This document shows, piece by piece, positions 27,700 to 40,500 of a DNA stretch of 64,000 bases. Position 1 is the first letter of the stretch. The number at the start of each line of letters is the position of its first letter. The stretch covers positions 22,258,001-22,322,000 of the forward strand of contig OZ024744.1 in assembly GCA_964016885.1 (NCBI GenBank). Direction: 5' to 3'. The stretch is from Eledone cirrhosa (lineage: Eukaryota). The position numbers and the translations under genes are program-made. The notes beneath the pieces were generated by a model that saw only the letters and a list, made by a program, of their open reading frames with translations, was not told the origin of the DNA and did not search any database.

Positions 27700-30600
27700 G
27701 TTAGGTTGACATAGATAACATAGGTGGGATGTTGACATGGTCATTTATGTTGACATAGATAACATAGAGTGAGATGTTGTCGTGGTCGTCAGTTAGATCG
27801 ACATGGATAACATAGAGTGACATGTTGTCGTGGTGGTCAGTTAGGTTGACATATATAACATAGAGTGAGATGTTTTCGTGGTGGTCAGTTAGGTTGACAT
27901 AGATAACATAGAGTGAGATGTTGTCGTGGTGGTCAGTTAGGTTGACATAGATAACATAGGTTGGATGTTGTCGTGGTGGTCAGTTAGGTTGACATAGATA
28001 ACATAGAGTGAGATGTTGTCATGGTGGTCAGTTAGCTTGACATAGATAACATAGAGTGAGGTGTTGTCGTGGTGGTCAGTTAGGTCGACATAGATAACAT
28101 AGAGTGAGATGTTGTCGTGGTGGTCAGTTAGGTTGACATAGATAACATAGAGTGAGATGTTGTCGTGGTGGTCAGTTAGGTTGACATAGATAACATAGAG
28201 TGAGATGTTGTCGTGGTGGTCAGATAGGTTGACATAGATAACATAGAGTGAGATGTTGTCGTGGTGGTCAGTTAGGTTGACATAGATAACATAGGTGGGA
28301 TGTTGTCATGGTCAGTTAGGTTGCCATAGATAACATAGAGTGAGATGATGTCGTGGTGGTCAGTTAGTTTGACATTGATAACATAGAGTGAGATGTTGTC
28401 GTGGTGGTCAGTTAGGTTGACATAGATAACATAGAATGGGATGTTTTCGTGGTCGGTTAGGTTGACATACATAACATAGAGTGAGATGTTGTCGTGGTGG
28501 TCAGTTAGCTTGACATAGATAAGATAGGTGAGATGTTGTCGTGGTGGTCAGTTAGGTTGATATAGATAACATAGAGTGAGATGTTGTCGTGGTGGTCAGT
28601 TAGGTTGACATAGATAACATAGGTGGGCTGTTGTCGAGTTGGTCAGTTAGGTTGACATAGATGACATAGGTGGGATGTTGTCGTGGTGGTCAGTTAGGTT
28701 GACATAGATAACATAGAGTGAGATGTTGTCGTGGTGGTCAGTTAGCTTGACATAGATAACATAGAGTGAGATGTTGTCGTGGTTGTCAGTTAGGTTGACA
28801 TAGATAACATAGAGTGAGATGTTGTCGTGGTGGTCAGTTAGGTTGACATAGATAACATAGGTGGGATGTTGTCGTGGTGGTCAGTTAGGTTGACATAGAT
28901 AACATAGGTGGGATGTTGTCGTGGTCAGTTAGGTTGACATAGATAACATAGAGTGAGATGTTGTCGTCGTGGTCAGTTAGGCTGACATAGAGAGCATAGA
29001 GTGAGATGTTGTCGTGGTCAGTTAGGTTGACATAGATAACATAGAGTGTGATGTTGTCGTGGTGGTCAGTTTGGTTGACATAGATAACATAGGTGGGATG
29101 TTGTCGTGGTGGTCAGTTACGTTGACATAGATAACATAGGTGAGATGTTGTCGTGGTGGTCAGTTAGGTTGACATAGATAACATAGAGTGAGATGTTGTC
29201 GTTGTGGTCAGGTAGGTTGACATAGATAACATAGAGTAAGATGTTGTCGTGGTGGTCAGATAGCTGGACATAGATAACATAGGTGGGATGTTGTCGTGGT
29301 GGTCAGTTAGGTTTACATAGATAACATACAGTGAGATGTTGACGTGGTGGTCTTTTAGGTTGACATAGATAACATAGGTGGGATGTTGTCGTGGTGGTCA
29401 GTTAGGTTGACATAGATAACATACGTGAGATGTTGTCGTGGTGGTCAGTTAGGTTGACATAGATAACATAGAGTGAGATGTTGTCGTGGTGGTCAGTTAG
29501 GTTGACATAGATAACATAGGTGGGATGTTGTCGTGGTGGTCAGTTAGTTTGACATAGATAACATTGGTGAGATGTTGTCGTGGTGGTCAGTTAGGTTGAC
29601 ATAGATAACATTGGTTAGATGTTGTCGTGGTGGTCAGTTAGGTTGACACAGATAACATAGGTGGGATGTTGTCGTGGTGGTCAGTTAGGTTGACATAGAT
29701 AACATAGAGTGATATGTTGTCGTGGTGGTCAGGTAGGTTGACATAGATAACATAGGTGGGATGTTGTTGTGGTGGTCAGGTAGGTTGACATAGATAACAT
29801 TGGTGTGTTGTTGTAGTGGTGGTCAGTTAGGTTGACATAGATAACATTTGTGAGATGTTGTCATGGTGGTCAGTTAGGTTGACACAGATAACATAGGTGG
29901 GATGTTGTCGTGGTGGTCAGTTAGGTTGACATAGATAACATAGAGTGAGATGTTGTCGTGGTGGTCAGTTAGGTTGACATAGATAACATAGAGTGAGATG
30001 TTGTCGTGGTGGTCAGTTAGGTTGACATAGATAACATAGAGTGAGATGTTGTCGTGGTCAGTTAGGTTGACATAGATAACATAGGTGGGATGTTGACATG
30101 GTCATTTAGGTTGACATAGATAACATAGAGTGAGATGTTGTCGTGGTGGTCAGTTAGATCGACATGGATAACATAGAGTGACATGTTGTCGTGGTGGTCA
30201 GTTAGGTTGACATATATAACATAGAGTGAGATGTTTTCGTGGTGGTCAGTTAGGTTGACATAGATAACATAGAGTGAGATGTTGTCGTGGTGGTCAGTTA
30301 GGTTGACATAGATAACATAGGTTGGATGTTGTCGTGGTGGTCAGTTAGGTTGACATAGATAACATAGAGTGAGATGTTGTCATGGTGGTCAGTTAGCTTG
30401 ACATAGATAACATAGAGTGAGGTGTTGTCGTGGTGGTCAGTTAGGTCGACATTGATAACATAGAGTGAGATGTTGTCGTGGTGGTCAGTTAGGTTGACAT
30501 AGATAACATAGAGTGAGATGTTGTCGTGGTGGTCAGTTAGGTTGACATAGATAACATAGAGTGAGATGTTGTCGTGGTGGTCAGATAGGTTGACATAGAT

Positions 30601-32520
30601 AACATAGAGTGAGATGTTGTCGTGGTGGTCAGTTAGGTTGACATAGATAACATAGGTGGGATGTTGTCATGGTCAGTTAGGTTGCCATAGATAACATAGA
30701 GTGAGATGATGTCGTGGTGGTCAGTTAGTTTGACATTGATAACATAGAGTGAAATGTTGTCGTGGTGGTCAGTTAGGTTGACATAGATAACATAGAATGG
30801 GATGTTTTCGTGGTCGGTTAGGTTGACATACATAACATAGAGTGAGATGTTGTCGTGGTGGTCAGTTAGCTTGACATAGATAAGATAGGTGAGATGTTGT
30901 CGTGGTGGTCAGTTAGGTTGATATAGATAACATAGAGTGAGATGTTGTCGTGGTGGTCAGTTAGGTTGACATAGATAACATAGGTGGGCTGTTGTCGAGT
31001 TGGTCAGTTAGGTTGACATAGATGACATAGGTGGGATGTTGTCGTGGTGGTCAGTTAGGTTGACATAGATAACATAGAGTGAGATGTTGTCGTGGTGGTC
31101 AGTTAGCTTGACATAGATAACATAGAGTGAGATGTTGTCGTGGTTGTCAGTTAGGTTGACATAGATAACATAGAGTGAGATGTTGTCGTGGTGGTCAGTT
31201 AGGTTGACATAGATAACATAGGTGGGATGTTGTCGTGGTGGTCAGTTAGGTTGACATAGATAACATAGGTGGGATGTTGTCGTGGTCAGTTAGGTTGACA
31301 TAGATAACATAGAGTGAGATGTTGTCGTCGTGGTCAGTTAGGCTGACATAGAGAGCATAGAGTGAGATGTTGTCGTGGTCAGTTAGGTTGACATAGATAA
31401 CATAGAGTGAGATGTTGTCGTGGTGGTCAGTTTGGTTGACATAGATAACATAGGTGGGATGTTGTCGTGGTGGTCAGTTACGTTCACATAGATAACATAG
31501 GTGAGATGTTGTCGTGGTGGTCAGTTAGGTTGACATAGATAACATAGAGTGAGATGTTGTCGTTGTGGTCAGTTAGGTTGACATAGATAACATAGAGTAA
31601 GATGTTGTCGTGGTGGTCAGGTAGCTGGACATAGATAACATAGGTGGGATGTTGTCGTGGTGGTCAGTTAGGTTTACATAGATAACATACAGTGAGATGT
31701 TGACGTGGTGGTCTTTTAGGTTGACATAGATAACATAGGTGGGATGTTGTCGTGGTGGTCAGTTAGGTTGACATAGATAACATAGGTGAGATGTTGTCGT
31801 GGTGGTCAGTTAGGTTGACATAGATAACATAGAGTGAGATGTTGTCGTGGTGGTCAGTTAGGTTGACATAGATAACATAGGTGGGATGTTGTCGTGGTGG
31901 TCAGTTAGTTTGACATAGATAACATTGGTGAGATGTTGTCGTGGTGGTCAGTTAGGTTGACATAGATAACATTGGTTAGATGTTGTCGTGGTGGTCAGTT
32001 AGGTTGACACAGATAACATAGGTGGGATGTTGTCGTGGTGGTCAGTTAGGTTGACATAGATAACATAGAGTGAGATGTTGTCGTGGTGGTCAGGTAGGTT
32101 GACATAGATAACATAGATAGGAAGTTGTTGTGGTGGTCAGGTAGGTTGACATAGATAACATTGGTGTGTTGTTGTAGTGGTGGTCAGTTAGGTTGACATA
32201 GATAACATTTGTGAGATGTTGTCATGGTGGTCAGTTAGGTTGACACAGATAACATAGGTGGGATGTTGTCGTGGTGGTCAGTTAGGTTGACATAGATAAC
32301 ATAGAGTGAGATGTTGTCGTGGTGGTCAGTTAGGTTGACATAGATAACATAGAGTGAGATGTTGTCGTGGTGGTCAGTTAGGTTGACATAGATAACATAG
32401 AGTGAGATGTTGTCGTGGTCAGTTAGGTTGACATAGATAACATAGGTGGGATGTTGACATGGTCATTTAGGTTGACATAGATAACATAGAGTGAGATGTT
32501 CTCGTGGTGGTCAGTTAGAT
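27700..32520 (+). repeat. 2,361-bp HOR, two tandem copies (50 monomers each)
   Basis: GTTGACATGGTCATTTA occurs at 27731, 30092 and 32453. The ORF segment (28272/30633) and ATAACATACA (29321/31682) have the same offset. Confidence 0.85.
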
Positions 32521-35500
32521 CGACATATATAACATAGAGTGAGATGTTGTCGTGGTGGTCAGTTAGGTTGACATAGATAACATAGGTGGGATGTTGTCGT
32601 GGTCAGTTAGGTTGACATAGATAACATAGAGTGAGATGTTGTCGTCGTGGTCAGTTAGGCTGACATAGAGAGCATAGAGTGAGATGTTGTCGTGGTCAGT
32701 TAGGTTCACATAGATAACATAGAGTGAGATGTTGTCGTGGTGGTCAGTTAGTTTGACATAGATAACATAGGTGGGATTTTGTCGTGGTGGTCAGTTACGT
32801 TGACATAGATAACATAGGTGAGATGTTGTCGTGGTGGTCAGTTAGGTTGACATAGATAACATAGAGTGAGATGTTGTCGTTGTGGTCAGTTAGGTTGCCA
32901 TAGATAACAAAGAGTAAGATGTTGTCGTGGTGGTCAGATAGCTGGACATAGATAACATAGGTGGAATGTTGTCGTGGTGGTCAGTTAGGTTTACATAGAT
33001 AACATAGGTGGGATGTTGTCGTGGTGGTCAGTTAGGTTGACATAGATAACATAGAGTGAGATGTTGTCGTGGTGGTCAATTAGGTTTACATAGATAACAT
33101 AGGTGGGATGTTGGGGTGGTGGTCAGTTAGGTTGACATAGATAACATAGAGTGAGATGTTTTCGTGGTGGTCAGTTAGGTTGACATAGATAACATAGAGT
33201 GAGATGTTGTCGTGGTGGTCAGTTAGGTTGACATAGATAACATAGAGTGAGATGTTGTCGTGGTCAGTTAGGTTGACATAGATAACATAGGTGGGATGTT
33301 GTCGTGGTCAGTTAGGTTGACATAGATAACATAGGTGGGATGTTGTCGTGGTGGTCAGTTAGGTTGACATAGATTACATAGGTGGGATGTTGTCGGGGTG
33401 GTCAGTTAGGTTGACATAGATAACATAGAGTGAGATGTTGTCGTGGTGTTCGGTTAGGTTGACATAGATAACATAGGTGGGATGTTGTCGTGGTGGTCAG
33501 ATAGGTTGATATAGATAACATAGAGTGACATGTTGTCGTGGTGGTCAGTTAGGTTGACATATATAACATAGAGTGAGATGTTTTCGTGGTGGTCAGTTAG
33601 GTTGACATAGATAACATAGAGTGACATGTTGTCGTGGTGGTCAGTTAGGTTGACATATATAACATAGAGTGAGATGTTTTCGTGGTGGTCAGTTAGGTTG
33701 ACATAGATAACATAGAGTGAGATGTTGTCGTGGTGGTCAGTTAGGTTGACATAGATAACATAGGTTGCATGTTGTCGTGGTGGTCAGATAGGTTGACATA
33801 GATAACATAGATTGAGATGTTGTCATGGTGGTCAGTTAGCTTGACATAGATAACATAGAGTGAGGTGTTGTCGTGGTGGTCAGTTAGGTCGACATAGATA
33901 ACATAGAGTGAGATGTTGTCGTGGTGGTCAGTTAGGTTGACATAGATAACATAGAGTGAGATGTTGTCGTGGTGGTCAGTTAGTTTGACATAGATAACAT
34001 AGAGTGAGATGGTGTCGTGGTGGTCAGATAGGTTGACATAGATAACATAGAGTGAGATGTTGTCGTGGTGGTCAGTTAGGTTGACATAGATAACATAGGT
34101 GGGATGTTGTCATGGTCAGTTAGGTTGCCATAGATAACATAGAGTGAGATGATGTCGTGGTGGTCAGTTAGTTTGACATTGATAACATAGAGTGAGATGT
34201 TGTCGTGGTGGTCAGTTAGGTTGACATAGATAACATAGAATGGGATGTTTTCGTGGTCGGTTAGGTTGACATACATAACATAGAGTGAGATGTTGTCGTG
34301 GTGGTCAGTTAGCTTGACATAGATAAGATAGGTGAGATGTTGTCCTGGTGGTCAGTTAGGTTGATATAGATAACATAGAGTGAGATGTTGTCGTGGTGGT
34401 CAGTTAGGTTGACATAGATAACATAGGTGGGCTGTTGTCGAGTTGGTCAGTTAGGTTGACATAGATGACATAGGTGCGATGTTGTCGTGGTGCTCAGTTA
34501 GGTTGACATAGATAACATAGAGTGAGATGTTGTCGTTGTGGTCAGTTAGGTTGACATAGATAACATAGAGTAAGATGTTGTCGTGGTGGTCAGGTAGCTG
34601 GACATAGATAACATAGGTGGGATGTTGTCGTGGTGGTCAGTTAGGTTTACATAGATAACATACAGTGAGATGTTGACGTGGTGGTCTTTTAGGTTGACAT
34701 AGATAACATAGGTGGGATGTTGTCGTGGTGGTCAGTTAGGTTGACATAGATAACATAGGTGAGATGTTGTCGTGGTGGTCAGTTAGGTTGACATAGATAA
34801 CATAGAGTGAGATGTTGTCGTGGTGGTCAGTTAGGTTGACATAGATAACATAGGTGGGATGTTGTCGTGGTGGTCAGTTAGTTTGACATAGATAACATTG
34901 GTGAGATGTTGTCGTGGTGGTCAGTTAGGTTGACATAGATAACATTGGTTAGATGTTGTCGTGGTGGTCAGTTAGGTTGACACAGATAACATAGGTGGGA
35001 TGTTGTCGTGGTGGTCAGTTAGGTTGACATAGATAACATAGAGTGAGATGTTGTCGTGGTGGTCAGGTAGGTTGACATAGATAACATAGATAGGAAGTTG
35101 TTGTGGTGGTCAGGTAGGTTGACATAGATAACATTGGTGTGTTGTTGTAGTGGTGGTCAGTTAGGTTGACATAGATAACATTTGTGAGATGTTGTCATGG
35201 TGGTCAGTTAGGTTGACACAGATAACATAGGTGGGATGTTGTCGTGGTGGTCAGTTAGGTTGACATAGATAACATAGAGTGAGATGTTGTCGTGGTGGTC
35301 AGTTAGGTTGACATAGATAACATAGAGTGAGATGTTGTCGTGGTGGTCAGTTAGGTTGACATAGATAACATAGAGTGAGATGTTGTCGTGGTCAGTTAGG
35401 TTGACATAGATAACATAGGTGGGATGTTGACATGGTCATTTAGGTTGACATAGATAACATAGAGTGAGATGTTCTCGTGGTGGTCAGTTAGATCGACATA

Positions 35501-37510
35501 TATAACATAGAGTGAGATGTTGTCGTGGTGGTCAGTTAGGTTGACATAGATAACATAGGTGGGATGTTGTCGTGGTCAGTTAGGTTGACATAGATAACAT
35601 AGAGTGAGATGTTGTCGTCGTGGTCAGTTAGGCTGACATAGAGAGCATAGAGTGAGATGTTGTCGTGGTCAGTTAGGTTCACATAGATAACATAGAGTGA
35701 GATGTTGTCGTGGTGGTCAGTTAGTTTGACATAGATAACATAGGTGGGATTTTGTCGTGGTGGTCAGTTACGTTGACATAGATAACATAGGTGAGATGTT
35801 GTCGTGGTGGTCAGTTAGGTTGACATAGATAACATAGAGTGAGATGTTGTCGTTGTGGTCAGTTAGGTTGCCATAGATAACAAAGAGTAAGATGTTGTCG
35901 TGGTGGTCAGATAGCTGGACATAGATAACATAGGTGGAATGTTGTCGTGGTGGTCAGTTAGGTTTACATAGATAACATAGGTGGGATGTTGTCGTGGTGG
36001 TCAGTTAGGTTGACATAGATAACATAGAGTGAGATGTTGTCGTGGTGGTCAATTAGGTTTACATAGATAACATAGGTGGGATGTTGGGGTGGTGGTCAGT
36101 TAGGTTGACATAGATAACATAGAGTGAGATGTTTTCGTGGTGGTCAGTTAGGTTGACATAGATAACATAGAGTGAGATGTTGTCGTGGTGGTCAGTTAGG
36201 TTGACATAGATAACATAGAGTGAGATGTTGTCGTGGTCAGTTAGGTTGACATAGATAACATAGGTGGGATGTTGTCGTGGTCAGTTAGGTTGACATAGAT
36301 AACATAGGTGGGATGTTGTCGTGGTGGTCAGTTAGGTTGACATAGATTACATAGGTGGGATGTTGTCGGGGTGGTCAGTTAGGTTGACATAGATAACATA
36401 GAGTGAGATGTTGTCGTGGTGGTCGGTTAGGTTGACATAGATAACATAGGTGGGATGTTGTCGTGGTGGTCAGATAGGTTGATATAGATAACATAGAGTG
36501 ACATGTTGTCGTGGTGGTCAGTTAGGTTGACATATATAACATAGAGTGAGATGTTTTCGTGGTGGTCAGTTAGGTTGACATAGATAACATAGAGTGACAT
36601 GTTGTCGTGGTGGTCAGTTAGGTTGACATATATAACATAGAGTGAGATGTTTTCGTGGTGGTCAGTTAGGTTGACATAGATAACATAGAGTGAGATGTTG
36701 TCGTGGTGGTCAGTTAGGTTGACATAGATAACATAGGTTGCATGTTGTCGTGGTGGTCAGATAGGTTGACATAGATAACATAGAGTGAGATGTTGTCATG
36801 GTGGTCAGTTAGCTTGACATAGATAACATAGAGTGAGGTGTTGTCGTGGTGGTCAGTTAGGTCGACATAGATAACATAGAGTGAGATGTTGTCGTGGTGG
36901 TCAGTTAGGTTGACATAGATAACATAGAGTGAGATGTTGTCGTGGTGGTCAGTTAGTTTGACATAGATAACATAGAGTGAGATGGTGTCGTGGTGGTCAG
37001 ATAGGTTGACATAGATAACATAGAGTGAGATGTTGTCGTGGTGGTCAGTTAGGTTGACATAGATAACATAGGTGGGATGTTGTCATGGTCAGTTAGGTTG
37101 CCATAGATAACATAGAGTGAGATGATGTCGTGGTGGTCAGTTAGTTTGACATTGATAACATAGAGTGAGATGTTGTCGTGGTGGTCAGTTAGGTTGACAT
37201 AGATAACATAGAATGGGATGTTTTCGTGGTCGGTTAGGTTGACATACATAACATAGAGTGAGATGTTGTCGTGGTGGTCAGTTAGCTTGACATAGATAAG
37301 ATAGGTGAGATGTTGTCCTGGTGGTCAGTTAGGTTGATATAGATAACATAGAGTGAGATGTTGTCGTGGTGGTCAGTTAGGTTGACATAGATAACATAGG
37401 TGGGCTGTTGTCGAGTTGGTCAGTTAGGTTGACATAGATGACATAGGTGCGATGTTGTCGTGGTGCTCAGTTAGGTTGACATAGATAACATAGAGTGAGA
37501 TGTTGTCGTG
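31520..37510 (+). repeat. 2,973-bp tandem duplication
   Basis: ACATAGATAGGAAG (32111/35084), TGTCCTGG (34341/37314) and the ORF segment (34076/37049) are all 2973 apart. Confidence 0.85.
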
Positions 37511-40500
37511 GTGGTCAGTTAGCTTGACATAGATAACATAGAGTGAGATGTTGTCGTGGTTGTCAGTTAGGTTGACATAGATAACATAGAGTGAGATGTT
37601 GTCGTGGTGGTCAGTTAGGTTGACATAGATAACATAGGTGGGATGTTGTCGTGGTGGTCAGTTAGGTTGACATAGATAATATAGGTGGGATGTTGTCGTG
37701 GTCAGTTAGGTTGACATAGATAACATAGAGTGAGATGTTGTCGTCGTGGTCAGTTAGGCTGACATAGAGAGCATAGAGTGAGATGTTGTCGTGGTCAGTT
37801 AGGTTGACATAGATAACATAGAGTAAGATGTTGTCGTGGTGGTCAGTTAGGTTGACATAGATAACATAGGTGAGATGTTGTCGTGGTGGTCAGTTAGGTT
37901 GACATAGATAACATAGAGTGAGATGTTGTCGTTGTGGTCAGTTAGGTTGACATAGATAACATAGAGTGAGATGTTGTCGTGGTGGTCAGTTAGGTTGACA
38001 TAGATAACATAGAGTGAGATGTTGTCGTGGTCAGTTAGGTTGACATAGATAACATAGGTGGGATGTTGACATGGTCATTTAGGTTGACATAGATAACATA
38101 GAGTGAGATGTTGTCGTGGTGGTCAGTTAGATCGACATATATAACATAGAGTGAGATGTTGTCGTGGTGGTCAGTTAGGTTGACATAGATAACATAGGTG
38201 GGATGTTGTCGTGGTCAGTTAGGTTGACATAGATAACATAGAGTGAGATGTTGTCGTCGTGGTCAGTTAGGCTGACATAGAGAGCATAGAGTGAGATGTT
38301 GTCGTGGTCAGTTAGGTTCACATAGATAACATAGAGTGAGATGTTGTCGTGGTGGTCAGTTAGTTTGACATAGATAACATAGGTGGGATTTTGTCGTGGT
38401 GGTCAGTTACGTTGACATAGATAACATAGGTGAGTTGTTGTCGTGGTGGTCAGTTAGGTTGACATAGATAACATAGAGTGAGATGTTGTCGTTGTGGTCA
38501 GTTAGGTTGCCATAGATAACAAAGAGTAAGATGTTGTCGTGGTGGTCAGATAGCTGGACATAGATAACATAGGTGGAATGTTGTCGTGGTGGTCAGTTAG
38601 GTTTACATAGATAACATAGGTGGGATGTTGTCGTGGTGGTCAGTTAGGTTGACATAGATAACATAGAGTGAGATGTTGTCGTGGTGGTCAATTAGGTTTA
38701 CATAGATAACATAGGTGGGATGTTGGGGTGGTGGTCAGTTAGGTTGACATAGATAACATAGAGTGAGATGTTTTCGTGGTGGTCAGTTAGGTTGACATAG
38801 ATAACATAGAGTGAGATGTTGTCGTGGTGGTCAGTTAGGTTGACATAGATAACATAGAGTGAGATGTTGTCGTGGTCAGTTAGGTTGACATAGATAACAT
38901 AGGTGGGATGTTGTCGTGGTCAGTTAGGTTGACATAGATAACATAGGTGGGATGTTGTCGTGGTGGTCAGTTAGGTTGACATAGATTACATAGGTGGGAT
39001 GTTGTCGGGGTGGTCAGTTAGGTTGACATAGATAACATAGAGTGAGATGTTGTCGTGGTGGTCGGTTAGGTTGACATAGATAACATAGGTGGGATGTTGT
39101 CGTGGTGGTCAGTTAGGTTGGCATAGATACCATAGAGTGAGATGTTGTCGTGGTGGTCAGTTAGGTTGACATAGATAACATAGAGTGAGATGATGTCGTG
39201 GTGGTCAGTTAGGTTGACATAGATAACATAGGTGGGATGTTGACATGGTCATTTAGGTTGACATCGATAACATAGAGTGAGATGTTGTCGTGGTGGTCAG
39301 TTAGATCGACATGGATAACATAGAGTGACATGTTGTCGTGGTGGTCAGTTAGGTTGACATATATAACATAGAGTGAGATGTTTTCGTGGTGGTCAGTTAG
39401 GTTGACATAGATAACATAGAGTGAGATGTTGTCGTGGTGGTCAGTTAGGTTGACATAGATAACATAGGTTGCATGTTGTCGTGGTGGTCAGATAGGTTGA
39501 CATAGATAACATAGAGTGAGATGTTGTCATGGTGGTCAGTTAGCTTGACATAGATAACATAGAGTGAGGTGTTGTCGTGGTGGTCAGTTAGGTCGACATA
39601 GATAACATAGAGTGAGATGTTGTCGTGGTGGTCAGTTAGGTTGACATAGATAACATAGAGTGAGATGTTGTCGTGGTGGTCAGTTAGTTTGACATAGATA
39701 ACATAGAGTGAGATGGTGTCGTGGTGGTCAGATAGGTTGACATAGATAACATAGAGTGAGATGTTGTCGTGGTGGTCAGTTAGGTTGACATAGATAACAT
39801 AGGTGGGATGTTGTCATGGTCAGTTAGGTTGCCATAGATAACATAGAGTGAGATGATGTCGTGGTGGTCAGTTAGTTTGACATTGATAACATAGAGTGAG
39901 ATGTTGTCGTGGTGGTCAGTTAGGTTGACATAGATAACATAGAATGGGATTTTTTCGTGGTCGGTTAGGTTGACATACATAACATAGAGTGAGATGTTGT
40001 CGTGGTGGTCAGTTAGCTTGACATAGATAAGATAGGTGAGATGTTGTCGTGGTCAGTTAGGTTGACATAGATAACATAGAGTGAGATGTTGTCGTCGTGG
40101 TCAGTTAGGCTGACATAGAGAGCATAGAGTGAGATGTTGTCGTGGTCAGTTAGGTTGACATAGATAACATAGAGTAAGATGTTGTCGTGGTGGTCAGTTA
40201 GGTTGACATAGATAACATAGGTGAGATGTTGTCGTGGTGGTCAGTTAGGTTGACATAGATAACATAGAGTGAGATGTTGTCGTTGTGGTCAGTTAGGTTG
40301 ACATAGATAACATAGAGTGAGATGTTGTCGTGGTGGTCAGTTAGGTTGACATAGATAACATAGAGTGAGATGTTGTCGTGGTCAGTTAGGTTGACATAGA
40401 TAACATAGGTGGGATGTTGACATGGTCATTTAGGTTGACATAGATAACATAGAGTGAGATGTTGTCGTGGTGGTCAGTTAGATCGACATATATAACATAG

